Positions 12,720 through 24,250 of a stretch of DNA of 64,000 bases are shown here, in pieces. Under the pieces are notes generated by a model. That model did no database searches and had not been told where the DNA came from. It saw only the letters and a list, made by a program, of their open reading frames with translations. Each line of letters begins with the position of its first letter. Within the stretch, counting starts at the first letter, position 1. The position numbers and the translations under genes were made by a program. This DNA is from Eledone cirrhosa (taxonomy: Eukaryota): assembly GCA_964016885.1 (NCBI GenBank), contig OZ024741.1, positions 176,452,001 through 176,516,000 on the forward strand. Direction: 5' to 3'.

Positions 12720-13700
12720 TTTTATAAATAGAGACATACCCATGAAAATCATACCTTATCGGTTGGAAATTCACTGGATAGTGGAAATATATTAGGGATT
12801 ATTCAAACTTATGTGTGAATATGCAAATTAATATGTAAATAATTGAAAAACAACCATGTATTTAAACGACATTGGAGAAAGAGATAGAGAGAAGATATAA
12901 GAGGACAAAGATAAAAACAGTACGAGAGAGAGTGAGAGAGAGAGAAGAAATAAACAAGAGAAGATAAATAAAACTCATATAACGTTAATTTGGGGGAAAT
13001 ATATTCTAAGTATATATCTTAATATTACGTGTATTTACGATTATTAGTTGTTTAAAATTCGTTTATAATATAATATTTTCTGTTATAACTAGATAAATAA
13101 ATAAATAGATGGGTATGTCATGTTATACATAATTGTTTTAATCAGTTATGAGGGATATTGGTTCAGTATTTAATGTAAGTACATATTAAGTTAAATTATA
13201 TTAAATTAACTGAGTTAATAAGAATATTTATATTTATATATTTTAAAATGGGAAGATACGGAAAAACTCCAGTTTAATTTATTTATTCGTTAGTATGAGA
13301 CTATTTAGTCAAAATAAGTATAAATGTTGAAATATATATTTAGCCAGATTCAGTTAGCGCTTAAAAACCTAATAACAAATATTGAAAAAATATTAGAAAA
13401 TTGAGAAATTGAAAAAGAAAATAATTTATGAGAGATAAGTAATTTTTAAAAGAAAAATTAAAGAAATAAAAATAAAGAATTAAAAATTATTGAGATTAAA
13501 ATTACAATTAAAATTAAAATAAAAAAAAATTAGAATTATATATGTATATATTTTGTGAAACTTTAAGAAGTGGAATTATAGCAAATGTTATAGATATTAT
13601 GACTTAGAGATATCAATATATTAAAACCAAGTGGATAAGATTGTTATGGAAATAAGTAGAAATATTATAAGTATAATTATAATTTATATATAGTTCTGAA
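12720..13700 (-). mobile_element. Highly decayed Penelope-like element
   Basis: Minus-strand fragments GVFPYLPILK (~GxFYxLPKIHK, ~13260) and TNIPH (~13155). The hammerhead at 12647-12710 lies directly downstream on the same strand. Confidence 0.4.
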
Positions 13701-13837
13701 TGTAGAATTCAGGCGATGTCTACAAGAATTAAATAAATTCGTCCTTAGATTAATAGAGGTCATACATTTAAGTATGAAAAAACATTTCCTCAACTTGCAA
13801 AATCTAGATAAAGCTGTGTTTCGGTACGCGGATGCTT

Positions 13838-13974
<137 letters not shown>

Positions 13975-14289
13975 TTGAGAAGTGACACACATATATAGGA
14001 AAATATGAAAAATAGAAAATGCAAATAGGAGTTTATCATATTAAAACAGAAAAATATTTTTTAAAATTAATTCATAGTACCGTTTTAGACGACAACAATT
14101 TTGACTTCATACTACAGGAAATGTGATTAGAAGAGTATATTAGAGAACATAGTTTACATATATATCAACAATTCACATGTTCGTGTTTAACTTCTTTGGT
14201 GGTGTGATGGTAGTAGCAGCTAGAGTAGCAGTTGCCTTGTCCCATGTTACTGTCTAGCCGTATATATGGTATATAATGGTGGTACCGAA

Positions 14290-14870
14290 GCGTACACTCG
14301 ATGCATAAGCAGAGTGTATTCATTAAAAAAAACGGTGAAGTTTTCTTTACATGTATTTATTTTTTTATTGCGATTTGCAGACGATTGGCTCCGGGTCACC
14401 CATAGAAGTTATGGACCCGAATCCTTTTTCCATCCTTTCTTCAGTTTAGTGGTCAGACAAAAAAAAATCTATTTCAAGCATTAAAATTACCTGCACTGAT
14501 ACACGTTGCTATCAGTAGAAGCCAACATGTATACCATTTCTAGCCGCAAAGTTTTAACTGATAAAAACATTAGTCTTATAATCATTTCGTAAGTTGTTTT
14601 CAACATGTTCTTTTTTACATTGCTAATTCATAAAATCTCTCTCTATAACGTGGTTATTGTTCATATTAGCTGTAACTCAAGAGAAGTTTCATTTCATTTA
14701 TTATTAATTCCCTGCGCTTAGAAATGCTTTAGTTCACTGTCAGTTTGTGTCATTCCCATGCCATGTACAATTTTATAAGAAATATATGCGCCTGTCGGAC
14801 GAGATATTCAAAGTCTCATCTGTCTGTTCCTAACATATATTGTAAGTGTATAACCAGGCTTCCATGTTAT
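14290..14870 (-). mobile_element. Possible mariner-like transposase remnant
   Basis: Frameshifted fragments resemble WVHxF-DPExxRQS (~14390-14420) and an N-terminal HTH region. No convincing TIR pair. Confidence 0.25.
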
Positions 14871-16999
14871 TGAGATGAATAGTTTAAAAAATAATAATGA
14901 TAATAATAATGATACTACTAATAATAATAACAATGATTTTGCTAGCTCATATCAGCAGAACCCTTTTGTTATGAGCCGATATAAAACTGCTTTTAATGTA
15001 ATCTGATCTATACCATAATTTCTGTTCAAATTTTTATATTTTCAGTCTTGCAGGTTTACTATATTTTTTATGCTTCTCCTCAATCTTCTGTTTCCACAGG
15101 TGGTCCATTAGCAGAACATTAAAAGAAGACAATAGAACATTGTAAGCTGCTTCCTCTCTTCTTACTCTACAGATTCACCACCAACAAGTAATTAGATGCA
15201 ATATGAAGACAAAATATATTATAAAAATCTTTTCTCATTCATCAAACATAATTCACATAATTCCTTTTCAATTCAAGAATTTTATGTAAATGAAATTAAT
15301 TTTCTTGAAATTTTATTTAACATAACGCTGCACACGTGAGTTAGAGAGTAAGCGAAAAAAAGAAGAGAGATACAGAACGAGAGAAAGAAATTGAGAGAGA
15401 TAAAGCATAACTCTTTTTTCGAAAATGTTTAATTTCTGTGTGTAATGCAAGAAGTTATAAAGCTTTTATGAGGACTACAGTTCAATTTCTGACTGAGATT
15501 GTGTAATACATATTAAGTAGTAAAATTCACAATCAAAACTAAAATTAAAAAGAATAGAGAAAACAAAATACTGAGCTATTGAATTTTGTAGAATTTCATA
15601 ACATAATTTGAGAAAATAATGAAATGAAAAGCCACCAGCAAAGAACATTAGGTAAAATAAAATTTAAAACACAAAGCAATTTATGAAGATTTCAGGCTAG
15701 AAATAAAAAATAAAAGCAAATTGATTTTTTGGGGTTAAAAGAAATTAAATAAGCTATTTAAATATAATGCTACATGTGCAAATATGGATGTTATCCTATG
15801 AATATTTACTTAGCAAATTCAAAACCACTTAAGGAATCCATTGAAAAGCTAATTAAAAAAATCTTGAGTTCTCCCATTCTCATTTTTCACAGCATGCTGG
15901 ATCTGTCATATGTTGATGAAATAATGAAGCAATTTATAAATTAACTCTGTTGACTTACCCGCCAGTAGAAACAGTCATGCATTTATACTTCTCGTCATAA
16001 ACTAAGGGATCCATCGATCGACCAGACTATTCATTTATTCATTTATTGACCAATCCACCTGTCCATATTTTACTTGATTGATTTATACATACGCGGGGGC
16101 ATTTATTGCAATAGTCATCCACGCAAACATACTTATCTACACATCTGTATAGATCTGTTCATAAAATCATCCACAAAAGCATTTATATGAACATATATCG
16201 ATATTTTTATGGATTAATTCACACCTTAATTATATTCATTCATCACTTCAATCTTTACATCCACTCAGTCATCGATCCATGTTCGTCTCATGAAACAGGT
16301 TTCCTTTTAATATACGTTATTTCTCAAATGTACACCAATTCTAGAACGAGCAAATCAGTTCTGTACAGATCATTGCTTCATATTTCAGCCTCAGACAGAA
16401 AACGTCCTATTAAGCTAGGAATGAAGCATGGTGTATGCATGATGGGTTTAATGTTGCAGTTAACATTGCACGATGTCAACTGGATAAAAGAAGTAACTGT
16501 TCGTAAAAATAAAATGTAAATGACTGAGCGTCCGCCAACGCGTGCACACTTAACATTGTTCTCCAGACGGTTTACAGTGACACGGTTGATCCCCTGAATT
16601 AGATATACAACTCAATTTGACAGGTGGTTGCACTAGAACAACGTGAAAAAAGTGTCTTTTTCAGGGGTACAATGCGTCACCGGTTCAGCAATCGATATCA
16701 AGCGCTTCAACCGAACACATTAACCATGATGTCATGGGCCTTCATAGTTAAATTGAAACACTAAGGTAAATAAATACAGCGTTTTTATAATCATTTACGT
16801 ATGTTAGTCGTTTAGACAGCTATCAATGCGTCTCATAAATTGAACTCAAGCTCTCAGTCAAATATGCTTTAACAGCACATTCTGCTAGCAGTAACCAGGT
16901 CCTAACAGGCGCGTCCTATCTATGTCAACCAAGCAGATCACGAACTTCAGATCTGAATAGGCTACCGTTTTAAAGGCTACATCCTACACTGTTCCTATT

Positions 17000-18420
17000 A
17001 TACTGACCTAATGAAGAACTTATCTATATACGATCTAGACGACTCTATGCGATTGGTGAAGATCCACACTGGCACATTAGGGAAATCTAGTCGGTACCTG
17101 TCAGGCAGTTGTAAATGGCTGAGCAGGGGCTTGAGGACTGTCCACTCCCTGCTTCTATCTGCTTCTACCACACGATTCTAGCGAATATCTGATACTCGTT
17201 GAATATGGGGCTAGTGCGCGCGTGCCGGAAATTCTGGTTTCGCTGACGTTAACCTCATCCATATCTAGTGACCTGAAGTCGTTCAGCAAGCGACAGTGCT
17301 TCCAGGACGACCACATGCCACGAACATTTAAACATCCCACACTTAAGATGATCATGTTGGCAGGCTCCCTTCCTTCCTGGTGCTTGTGGAGGTCAAGTGG
17401 TACTACCTCCATGATTGATGTGGTTTCCTTTGGGAACCTCCTTAAAAGCCGACACTATGCTTTCACACCAAGGAGTCCCATGTCTTCTTGGAAGCTTTCG
17501 CTAACTTTTTTATGTGACTACTGGCATCCAAACCATCAGCAGTGTTTGTGCACGTTGAAGGTGCAGATGCCAAAAATTCCCTCTCTTTCTCAATATATTG
17601 ACTTCCATTTACTAAGGCCATCATCTTTTTCTGCCCATTTTAGTAACACGAAATTGGATTCTTTTGTTCTTATTAGTGCCTCAATATGTTTCATTTTGTG
17701 TGGTATGAGTTGCAGTTGTGTCTGTGTTGTTGTTGGAGGGCGTGGTTTTGTTGTCGCTCGTGGTGTTGGTTTTGACGTTGAAGTGTCTGTGTTTACTGTT
17801 TGAATGTTTCATGTGCTTGTAGTTGTGTGTGTATTTTTCTTTGGTTATATCGTTGCTGGTGATGCCGCTGCTGTCGGTGCTGGTATTGGTTATTTTGTGC
17901 TTGCTTGTCTGCGCTCCGGTGCTAGTGGCAATAGAGATTTGCGGCCCCCAACTCGACGACGTTGGGGACCGCAAATCTCAAAAGGCTCGGAGATGTGTGG
18001 TTTCCCCGCAGACAAAACAATATGGACTGTTGTTCTCAGTGATTACTTGTATGGCTGTCCCATCCTGTAGGCGGACGTGATGTGGGATGCTTTTTATATC
18101 TTCTGGTTTGATATATAGAGATGCACCCCAGACCTGCCCTCTCCAGATGTTTTTTGTGACTGCAGCAGTCAACGCATCCGTACCCTTCTCGATCACACTT
18201 CCCAGGAGCCACCACAAGTCCAATCCTGGTAGAATTCTTGGAATGCGGACCCTGGCTGTCCTTCTGTGTATGTGGGACGGATACTTCAACACTTGGCCCG
18301 TTCTACAGGGTGCCACTGAACGTTTAAGAGCAAGGGCTTCAGAATTAAACAGCACCGAGATGGTCCAGGTTTTTCACTTTTGGTTATCTTCCATGCCTGG
18401 GCCAAACATTGTTCTTCATT
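17000..18420 (-). mobile_element. Tx1/L1-clade LINE remnant (ORF1 and start of APE domain), deleted
   Basis: ARVRIPRILPGLDLWWLLG and CFVCGETTHLRAF match ORF1 at 24504. LSVGCLNVRG..LLNDFRSLDMD..SETRI and RYRLDFPNVPVW..TNRI..SRSYID match ORF2 at 26444. Confidence 0.9.
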
Positions 18421-18526
18421 AGTACCATGTGGTTCATGGATAATCATAGTATTTTCTTAGCTGGCGCGATAGCAAATGTGTTGCTGTTGTCGCTGCTGTG
18501 TCGTTGTTAATGTTGTTGTTATTGTT

Positions 18527-18527
18527 C

Positions 18528-18573
<46 letters not shown>

Positions 18574-18667
18574 AGAAGAAGAAGAAGAAGAAGAAGAAGA
18601 AGAAGACGACGACGACGACGACGACGACGACGAAGAAGAAGAAGAAGAAGAAGAAGAAGAAGAAGAC
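18527..18667. repeat. Compound (GAA)n(GAC)n(GAA)n microsatellite
   Basis: Directly visible. Confidence 0.95.
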
Positions 18668-19064
18668 AGACAGATACACCCAGCCACCATCACCAACAAC
18701 AAAAAGCCATAGTAGTAATATTAATTTCTTACTTTGCAAGATAAATGAAATTATTTTCTTGATAAATTAATAAGGGAAAGAGGTATTTCTTGATTAATGC
18801 AACGATAAAATACCTTTGACTGGGTTTTAGATCTAGAACTATGACATCTGATCTCTAATGTTAGCACAATAGCAATATTTGTCCCTTTTACTATGAAAAT
18901 ATTCCCTTTTTACATACAAAGGGAAAGAATAGACGAGAAGCTAGCGATTGGCATCGAGTGAATGGTATTCTTGAAATAGTGCCATAGAATTGTGTAAGAG
19001 GGTGACATCACAAAGAAAATATTTCGAATTATTATTTATCCGAACAAATCAAAATCACGCCGAA

Positions 19065-19065
19065 T

Positions 19066-19153
<88 letters not shown>
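19065..19153. repeat. (CTA)n(TTA)n microsatellite, left edge of the LINE array
   Basis: Directly visible. Confidence 0.95.
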
Positions 19154-19155
<2 letters not shown>

Positions 19156-19156
19156 A

Positions 19157-19344
19157 GGAGGTGGATTGGCAGTATCGGTAGATAGTCGAACGCCATGATT
19201 TAACCCATAGAGTTACGGCCTTTGCCATTCTGAGTTCAAATCCCGCCGAGGTTAACTTTGCCTTTCATCCTTACGGGGTCTATACAATAAAGTACCAGTA
19301 ATGCACTGGTTAATTGCTGGCCTTGTGCCAAAAGTAGAAACAAT
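19157..19344 (+). mobile_element. tRNA-derived SINE, full length
   Basis: A box TGGCAGTATCGG, B box GAGTTCAAATCC, (TTA)n on both sides. Confidence 0.92.
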
Positions 19345-19363
19345 TATTATTATTATTATTATT

Positions 19364-22300
19364 TGCATTTATCTTGCTTTATGTTTATACGAGTTATCAC
19401 CAAGTCACAACCAGTGACCTCAAGAGACAACAAGGTCCGCCATGTTGAAGAAAGAACACACATATTCACACATGCATCCTTAGTGTTTAGACTTGTGATG
19501 TACTTATATTGACAGGATCTTCCTTAGTATATGGGCAGTTCCCATTAGTACTATCTTTTGTATTTCTCCTATACGCGGGTTTCCTGGGATTTGCGATAAG
19601 TAGTCGTTAGACCCCTTAGGTATCATTCCCAGAGCGCCTACAACCACTGGTATTGTTTTAGTTCTCAATTTCCACATTTTTCCAATTTCTATCTCCAGGT
19701 CCTTATACTTGCTCAATTTTTCAAATGTTTTTATAGATACATTCTTGTCTATTGGAACAGACATATCAATTAGCAGGCATACCCTCCTTTGAAAGTCCTT
19801 CAATATTATATCAGGTCTATTTGCATCTATTTTTCGGTCTGTTTGGATGCTAAAGTTCCACAAGATTGAGATGTGATCTTTTTCAAGTATGGGAGGTGGT
19901 TGATGCTCCCACCAATTCTTTTGATGGGGCAGGTCAAAATGCTTGCACATTATCCAATGTATGTATTGTGCAGCTCTGTCATGCCTGTTTAGGTATTCGG
20001 TTGGAGCTATAGGACTGCACATTGAAATTATATGGTCAATGGTCTCTGGTTGTTTTTTGCATACACGGCATAATGGGCTGCACCCATTTTTTATTATGTT
20101 GGCTTGGTAATTTTTTGTTGGCAGACACTGATCTTGTGCGGATATAATCAGTCCTTCAGTCTCCGATTTCAGTCCAGAGGATGCCAACCACTGATGGGTT
20201 AAAGTTTTGTCAACATCAGGATTGTTAGCTCGCTCTGGGTATTTTCCATACAGAGGCTTTTCTTGCCATTTCTTAGCCAGTTTCTGTAGCAGTTCTTTCT
20301 TTGCAGTTACTTTTACCTGCTTTGCTTTTTCTGTGTTTTCCATTTCAGCAGTAAATGGGACTTCTGAAATTTGTAGTCCATTACTGTATCTTTGTGCATC
20401 TTTTGTAATGGAATATGATCTTTTGGTGCTTTCGTGTTTCAAAACGAGTTTGATCATCCAATCATGTGATTCCCTTAGATATGTGGATAATCCAATTGTT
20501 GCAGTTTTCAACGCAATGTCTAACTGGATTAACCCACGTCCTCCTTCTTTCCTAGGGAGATATATTCTATCTATGTCTGCCTTAGGGTGATGCATTCTGT
20601 GCATGGTTAAGAATTTTCGGATTTTTGTATCGAGCCTACGGATCTCTGTGCTTGACCAGTTGATGACATTGTAACTGTAGGTTACTACTGGTATGGCAAG
20701 CGTGTTTATGGCATCGATCCTATTCCTTGCATTCAATTCCGTTCTTAAGATTGCTCTGACTCTGCGGTAACATTCCTTCCTTATCCTTTCCCTCATTGTC
20801 GAGTGCTTGATTCCGTCTCCTTCACAAACACCTAGATATTTGTAAGTTTGTTCTTGATCAAGCTCTCTTATCACGTTCCCCCGATCAAGATTAATGTCTG
20901 AACTCTTCAGCAGCTTTCCTCTGGTGAACGTTGCTTTGGCGCATTTATCCAGTCCAAACTCCATTTTAATGTCATCACTGAACTGCTTCACAGTGGATAA
21001 TAGCCCTTGCAATTGTTCATCATTTTTTGCAAATAGTTTCAGGTCATCCATGTAGAACAGGTGATTAATGGTTTTGTCATAGACTCTATATCCATGTTTT
21101 GTTTCATTGAGCATTTTACTTAATGGTATAAGTGCGATGCAGAATAAAAGCGGTGATAAAGAGTCACCCTGAAAAATTCCACAATTAATGTTAACTTCTC
21201 CAGCTTCCAGTGATTTTGTTTCACTATTCAAAAGGAGTGTCGTTCTCCATGTCCTCATACTGAATGACAAAAACCTCCTGATAACGGGGGATATTTTGAA
21301 AATCTCTAAACATTTTTCAATCCAACTGTGTGGCAAACTATCAAATGCTTTTTTATAATCTATCCAAGCAATCGATAGATTTTTGTGTCTATTATGACAA
21401 TCTTCCAGTATCATTTTGTTAACCAGAAGCTGATCCTTACAGCCATATGAGCCTCGTTTACACCCTTTCTGCTCAATGGGAAATAGGTCATTTGTTATCA
21501 GGTGGTCATATGTGTATTCAGTTAGGACTGATGTTAAAATGTTATACATTGTGGTCAAGCAGGTTATCGGTCTGTAATTTTTGGGATTGTTTGTCTCATC
21601 ATTCTTCGGTAGCAGGAATGTAATGCCGTTAACTAGCCATGATGGTATCTTTTCTGGCTCCTTAACTATTTCATTGTAAAGTTGGGCTAACAGCTCATGA
21701 GACTCTGTGAAGGCATTTATCCAAAAGTTTTGTATTTTGTCTTTTCCTGGGGATTTCCATTTGCTGGTTTTTCTTAGAGCCAAGCGCAGCTGTTCAACTG
21801 TTATATTTTCCCATGTTTGTTCTTCAAGGTGAGCTGTTTCTTTCATTTGTCTGTCTATCCATGGGGCATGTATGTTATGAACTTTTTCTTCGGCCCAGAT
21901 CTTTTCCCAGAATTCTTGCACTTCCTCCTTGGGTGGTATTGATTTAGCAGTTATTGTTGACTTACCAATTTTTCTGTAGAAGTTTCTTTGGTTGTTTTTG
22001 AACATATTATTGTCCTTATAGAATCTAGATCGTTTTTCAAAGCGCCTTATACGAGCAGCTTTGGCCGACACTTTTTGCTTGATTGTTTCTATCAGCATGT
22101 CTATGTCACATGTTGATCTTATACTGTATTTTTTTTTCAATTTTCTAAGTTTAGTTTGTTTAACATGTTCACCTACTTTATAGTTTGTTAAAATTTCTAT
22201 GTCAGATCGGAGAAGGTTTATTTGGCGATTGATGTTATCTTGCCAAGTAGATTTCTTGTGGGAATTCCTTTGTTTTTTCATCTTCACTCCACATAAGTGA

Positions 22301-23340
22301 GTGGTGACTTTAGCCGATGCATAATAGAGATGATTTAAGTCAGTAATGCTTAGTTTGTTTGTGATGATAATGTTTTTGAGAATTATGTTTGTCTTGTGTA
22401 TTATCTTTTGGTTCTGTTTGGAGTTCTGGATCTTAGGGAGGGTGTCTCGTTCCCCCATGTCAGATTCTTTCATTTTCATCCATTCGATCATAATTTCATC
22501 CTTCAAGTTGGCAAGTTCATTCTCATTCATTTCTTTATCATTTACGATCTCATTATTTTCATTTGGAGTTTCATCCTGAGCATGCACTCCCTCCACTTTT
22601 TCGCTCCTTTCTTTAATTTGTTCTGTTGCCAGTGATTCCGCCCCAACTCTGGGATTCGAAGTGTTACAGTTTACCTCGTTTTCACTGACACATGCTTCAT
22701 TTTCCCTTCGCTGACTTTGTGCTACTAGCTTGATCTGATCAATTTCTACATCAGTTAGTAACTTTTTTCTTACAATATTTCTTCGTATATTGGCTAGTTT
22801 GTTACTGTCAATATAGCCTCTGTTTTCGGGATGTTTCTTTTTCCAGTTGATATATGTTTGCTCTGTATTCGATGTATTTGATGGGTAGTACATGGCAGTG
22901 TAGAAAGCCTCAAGGACTTCTTTATTATCTTCCCTTGACCATTTTTCTCTCTTTTTCTTTGGATTTCTTGGTGGTGAGCATGGAGGGCCAACAGTAGGAG
23001 TATTCCGGTTATGGGAGGTCTCCAGCTCCGAAGTGATGGGAAGGTTTGAACCATTAGCTGATTTTTCGACCCCAGTCTGGTTCCTCTCTGAGGGACGCGG
23101 CCCTTTTTTACCCGGGTGACGGCCGATCCGGTATGAGATTTCATCATTAGACATCTACTTTATTTTGTCGCATTTTATCCTTATCCGCCAAGGGGTAATC
23201 TTTTCGTGTTACCACTTCTAGAACGAGTGTCAACCAAGACTAGAGGGGTCGTTCTCCCCTAGAGACATGGCTATTCCCCGCCGGCCGCCATCCCGGTATT
23301 TCTTGGTCACGGGGTTTTCTTTTTGTTGTTTTTTTTAAAT
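19364..23340 (-). mobile_element. R4/Dong-clade non-LTR retrotransposon, full-length copy 1 (5' region may extend to 24250)
   Basis: Single intact RT-RLE ORF, ~140-nt 3'UTR ending in (TAA)n, structured 5'UTR. Confidence 0.9.
19504..23154 (-). CDS. Reverse transcriptase / restriction-like endonuclease polyprotein, 1216 aa, intact
   Basis: [52 protein letters not shown]; CCHC CRVCKKQPETIDHIISMC; RHD, NRPDII, LIDMSVP and KLSKYKDL (PD-(D/E)xK RLE). No APE domain. Confidence 0.95.
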   Translation of the reverse strand: MSNDEISYRIGRHPGKKGPRPSERNQTGVEKSANGSNLPITSELETSHNRNTPTVGPPCSPPRNPKKKREKWSREDNKEVLEAFYTAMYYPSNTSNTEQTYINWKKKHPENRGYIDSNKLANIRRNIVRKKLLTDVEIDQIKLVAQSQRRENEACVSENEVNCNTSNPRVGAESLATEQIKERSEKVEGVHAQDETPNENNEIVNDKEMNENELANLKDEIMIEWMKMKESDMGERDTLPKIQNSKQNQKIIHKTNIILKNIIITNKLSITDLNHLYYASAKVTTHLCGVKMKKQRNSHKKSTWQDNINRQINLLRSDIEILTNYKVGEHVKQTKLRKLKKKYSIRSTCDIDMLIETIKQKVSAKAARIRRFEKRSRFYKDNNMFKNNQRNFYRKIGKSTITAKSIPPKEEVQEFWEKIWAEEKVHNIHAPWIDRQMKETAHLEEQTWENITVEQLRLALRKTSKWKSPGKDKIQNFWINAFTESHELLAQLYNEIVKEPEKIPSWLVNGITFLLPKNDETNNPKNYRPITCLTTMYNILTSVLTEYTYDHLITNDLFPIEQKGCKRGSYGCKDQLLVNKMILEDCHNRHKNLSIAWIDYKKAFDSLPHSWIEKCLEIFKISPVIRRFLSFSMRTWRTTLLLNSETKSLEAGEVNINCGIFQGDSLSPLLFCIALIPLSKMLNETKHGYRVYDKTINHLFYMDDLKLFAKNDEQLQGLLSTVKQFSDDIKMEFGLDKCAKATFTRGKLLKSSDINLDRGNVIRELDQEQTYKYLGVCEGDGIKHSTMRERIRKECYRRVRAILRTELNARNRIDAINTLAIPVVTYSYNVINWSSTEIRRLDTKIRKFLTMHRMHHPKADIDRIYLPRKEGGRGLIQLDIALKTATIGLSTYLRESHDWMIKLVLKHESTKRSYSITKDAQRYSNGLQISEVPFTAEMENTEKAKQVKVTAKKELLQKLAKKWQEKPLYGKYPERANNPDVDKTLTHQWLASSGLKSETEGLIISAQDQCLPTKNYQANIIKNGCSPLCRVCKKQPETIDHIISMCSPIAPTEYLNRHDRAAQYIHWIMCKHFDLPHQKNWWEHQPPPILEKDHISILWNFSIQTDRKIDANRPDIILKDFQRRVCLLIDMSVPIDKNVSIKTFEKLSKYKDLEIEIGKMWKLRTKTIPVVVGALGMIPKGSNDYLSQIPGNPRIGEIQKIVLMGTAHILRKILSI

Positions 23341-23699
23341 TGTTATTATCATGAGTGGTTCCTTAATGTGAGCATTGCGTGGCTTAAGAATGAAATTATT
23401 AATAATTGTCTCCACTCCAGGCCAGCAATCACCCAGTGCATTACAATAATATAATATACTTTTTGTTGTAGTTGGCTGTTATTGCTGCTGGCTATGTCGG
23501 TGGTGGTGCCGGGGCTTTTTATATTGTTGGTGAGGAAGGGGTGAGCCAGCAGTCCCATAATTGTTGATGTAGACATTTGTCCGTGGCAAGGTTACCAAGT
23601 CAATCTATTTATATCTTTTGCTAGCCTCTCTCTTGTCTAGTGCTACCACCACCTTCCCTTTTCTCTCTCAAGTTAACAGGGGAATAGTGTCAGTAGCAT

Positions 23700-24250
23700 T
23701 GAATGAGTGGTGGCGGCGATGATGGATGTGGTGGTGTTGTGGTTACTGATATAGTATCTATGAGTTTGTGTTCGTATGTTTAATATATATTTTCATTATA
23801 TTTTGTGTTGACATATTCCCGTAAAATTTGAATTAAACATTTTTTTAAATTTGAGACAATAATAATAGTAATTATTATTATGATGCCGGTGAAGTTGCCA
23901 TTATATTTAGTGTGATGGGATAGGTAGTGTATCAAGTTTCTGGTGTTGGTGAAATTGAAATTGCCGCTGTTCTATATAGTGTAGACAGAGGGTGTTTTGT
24001 TCCATTTATAACCATTTTTTTTTTTTTTTTTTTTTTTTTTTGAATACAAAATATATAATACAAAATTGAATATTTGAGCGATACAACAATATAATATGGA
24101 TCCGAAACTTTATGGGACCTCATTCGGTGCCTTTATGCAACATTTGTGCTAAGAATTGTTCTTTCACAATTGATTTAAATATGTTAAAAATCAAAAAACT
24201 TACGGGAGCAATTTCGTGACGTTCTACCACCTCGTGCGTCTTCTTCCCTT
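23700..24250 (-). promoter_or_regulatory. 5' leader module shared with 42860-43290 (putative internal promoter / 5'UTR)
   Basis: Shared blocks: GTTTCTGGTGTTGGTGA, CTATATAGTGTAGACAGAGG, CCATTTATA.CCATTTT, TTGAATATTTGAGC, TTTCACAA.TGATTTAAATATGTTAAAAAT, AAAACTTACGGGAGC and CACCTCGTGCGTCTTCTTCCCTT. The homology is certain; the function is inferred. Confidence 0.6.

Noticed and set aside
15200-15950. Possible plus-strand Penelope relic (IDFLG-like and GxYP-like fragments)
   Set aside because: Motifs are too short and AT-biased to support a call.
23155-23340. HDV-like ribozyme at the R4 5' end
   Set aside because: Could not fit the P1/P1.1/P2/P3/L3 nested pseudoknot by eye; reported instead as an unclassified structure.
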